Assembly (NCBI GenBank): GCA_039589315.1
Contig: JBDHHQ010000020.1
Coordinates: forward strand, 1 to 60,863
Direction: 5' to 3'
Origin: Gemmatimonadota bacterium
GTDB taxonomy: Bacteria; Gemmatimonadota; Gemmatimonadetes; Longimicrobiales; Gaopeijiaceae
Length of the DNA: 60,863 bases
A program made the position numbers and the translations under genes. The notes under the pieces are model-generated. The model was not told the origin of the DNA. It did no database searches and saw nothing but the letters and a program-made list of their open reading frames with translations. Shown here piece after piece: positions 60,693 to 60,863 of this stretch. The first letter of the stretch is position 1. Every line of letters begins with the position of its first letter.

Positions 60693-60863
60693 TGTCTTCG
60701 ACTCGAGGCAGCGCGGGTCGAGGTTCAGATTGGCGCAATCACTCTGGTGCCAACCGCTCCAAGGGGCCCACGTGCCTCCTGGAGCGCGCTCTTGTGGCTC
60801 GGCGCGCCGGGTCGGAGCTTAGGGCGTGATGCAACGGATTCCAGCCTCGACGATCCAGCAGGA

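Noticed and set aside
1..60863. CRISPR arrays, tRNA/rRNA, IS elements, integrases, defence genes
   Set aside because: None seen. The only tandem DNA repeat noticed is the 23-bp unit at 4148-4217, which lacks unique spacers of CRISPR length.

Overview
High-GC bacterial chromosomal window. Gene content (a Hanks-kinase N-terminus of the LADRY..ELGRGGMAT type, an ADOP-permease tail, an M14-peptidase tail, many exported beta-propeller hydrolases) suggests Gemmatimonadota or a similar lineage; this is inference only. I saw no rRNA, tRNA, CRISPR array, transposase or integrase. Main content: (1) a complete respiratory nitrate reductase locus: membrane-anchored diheme cytochrome c, narGHJI, two NarK transporters, a membrane protein, a USP and an alginate-export-type porin; (2) a RuBisCO-like protein translationally coupled to a cupin, the pairing known from the MTA-isoprenoid shunt, near a B12-dependent radical SAM enzyme; (3) a probable exported selenoprotein (DUF3179-like, in-frame TGA in a UxxC motif followed by a SECIS-like hairpin) that the ORF track splits in two; (4) an unbroken chain of three 7-8 aa minigenes joined by ATGA stop/start overlaps linking trpB2 to a downstream MDR oxidoreductase; (5) an orphan MauG/BthA-like diheme enzyme, an SseA/SufE pair, an orphan Flp pilin with a sigma54-like promoter, two signal-less peptidoglycan-binding proteins, many exported hydrolases and several gene relics. 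Family assignments come from motif recognition by eye, not database searches.
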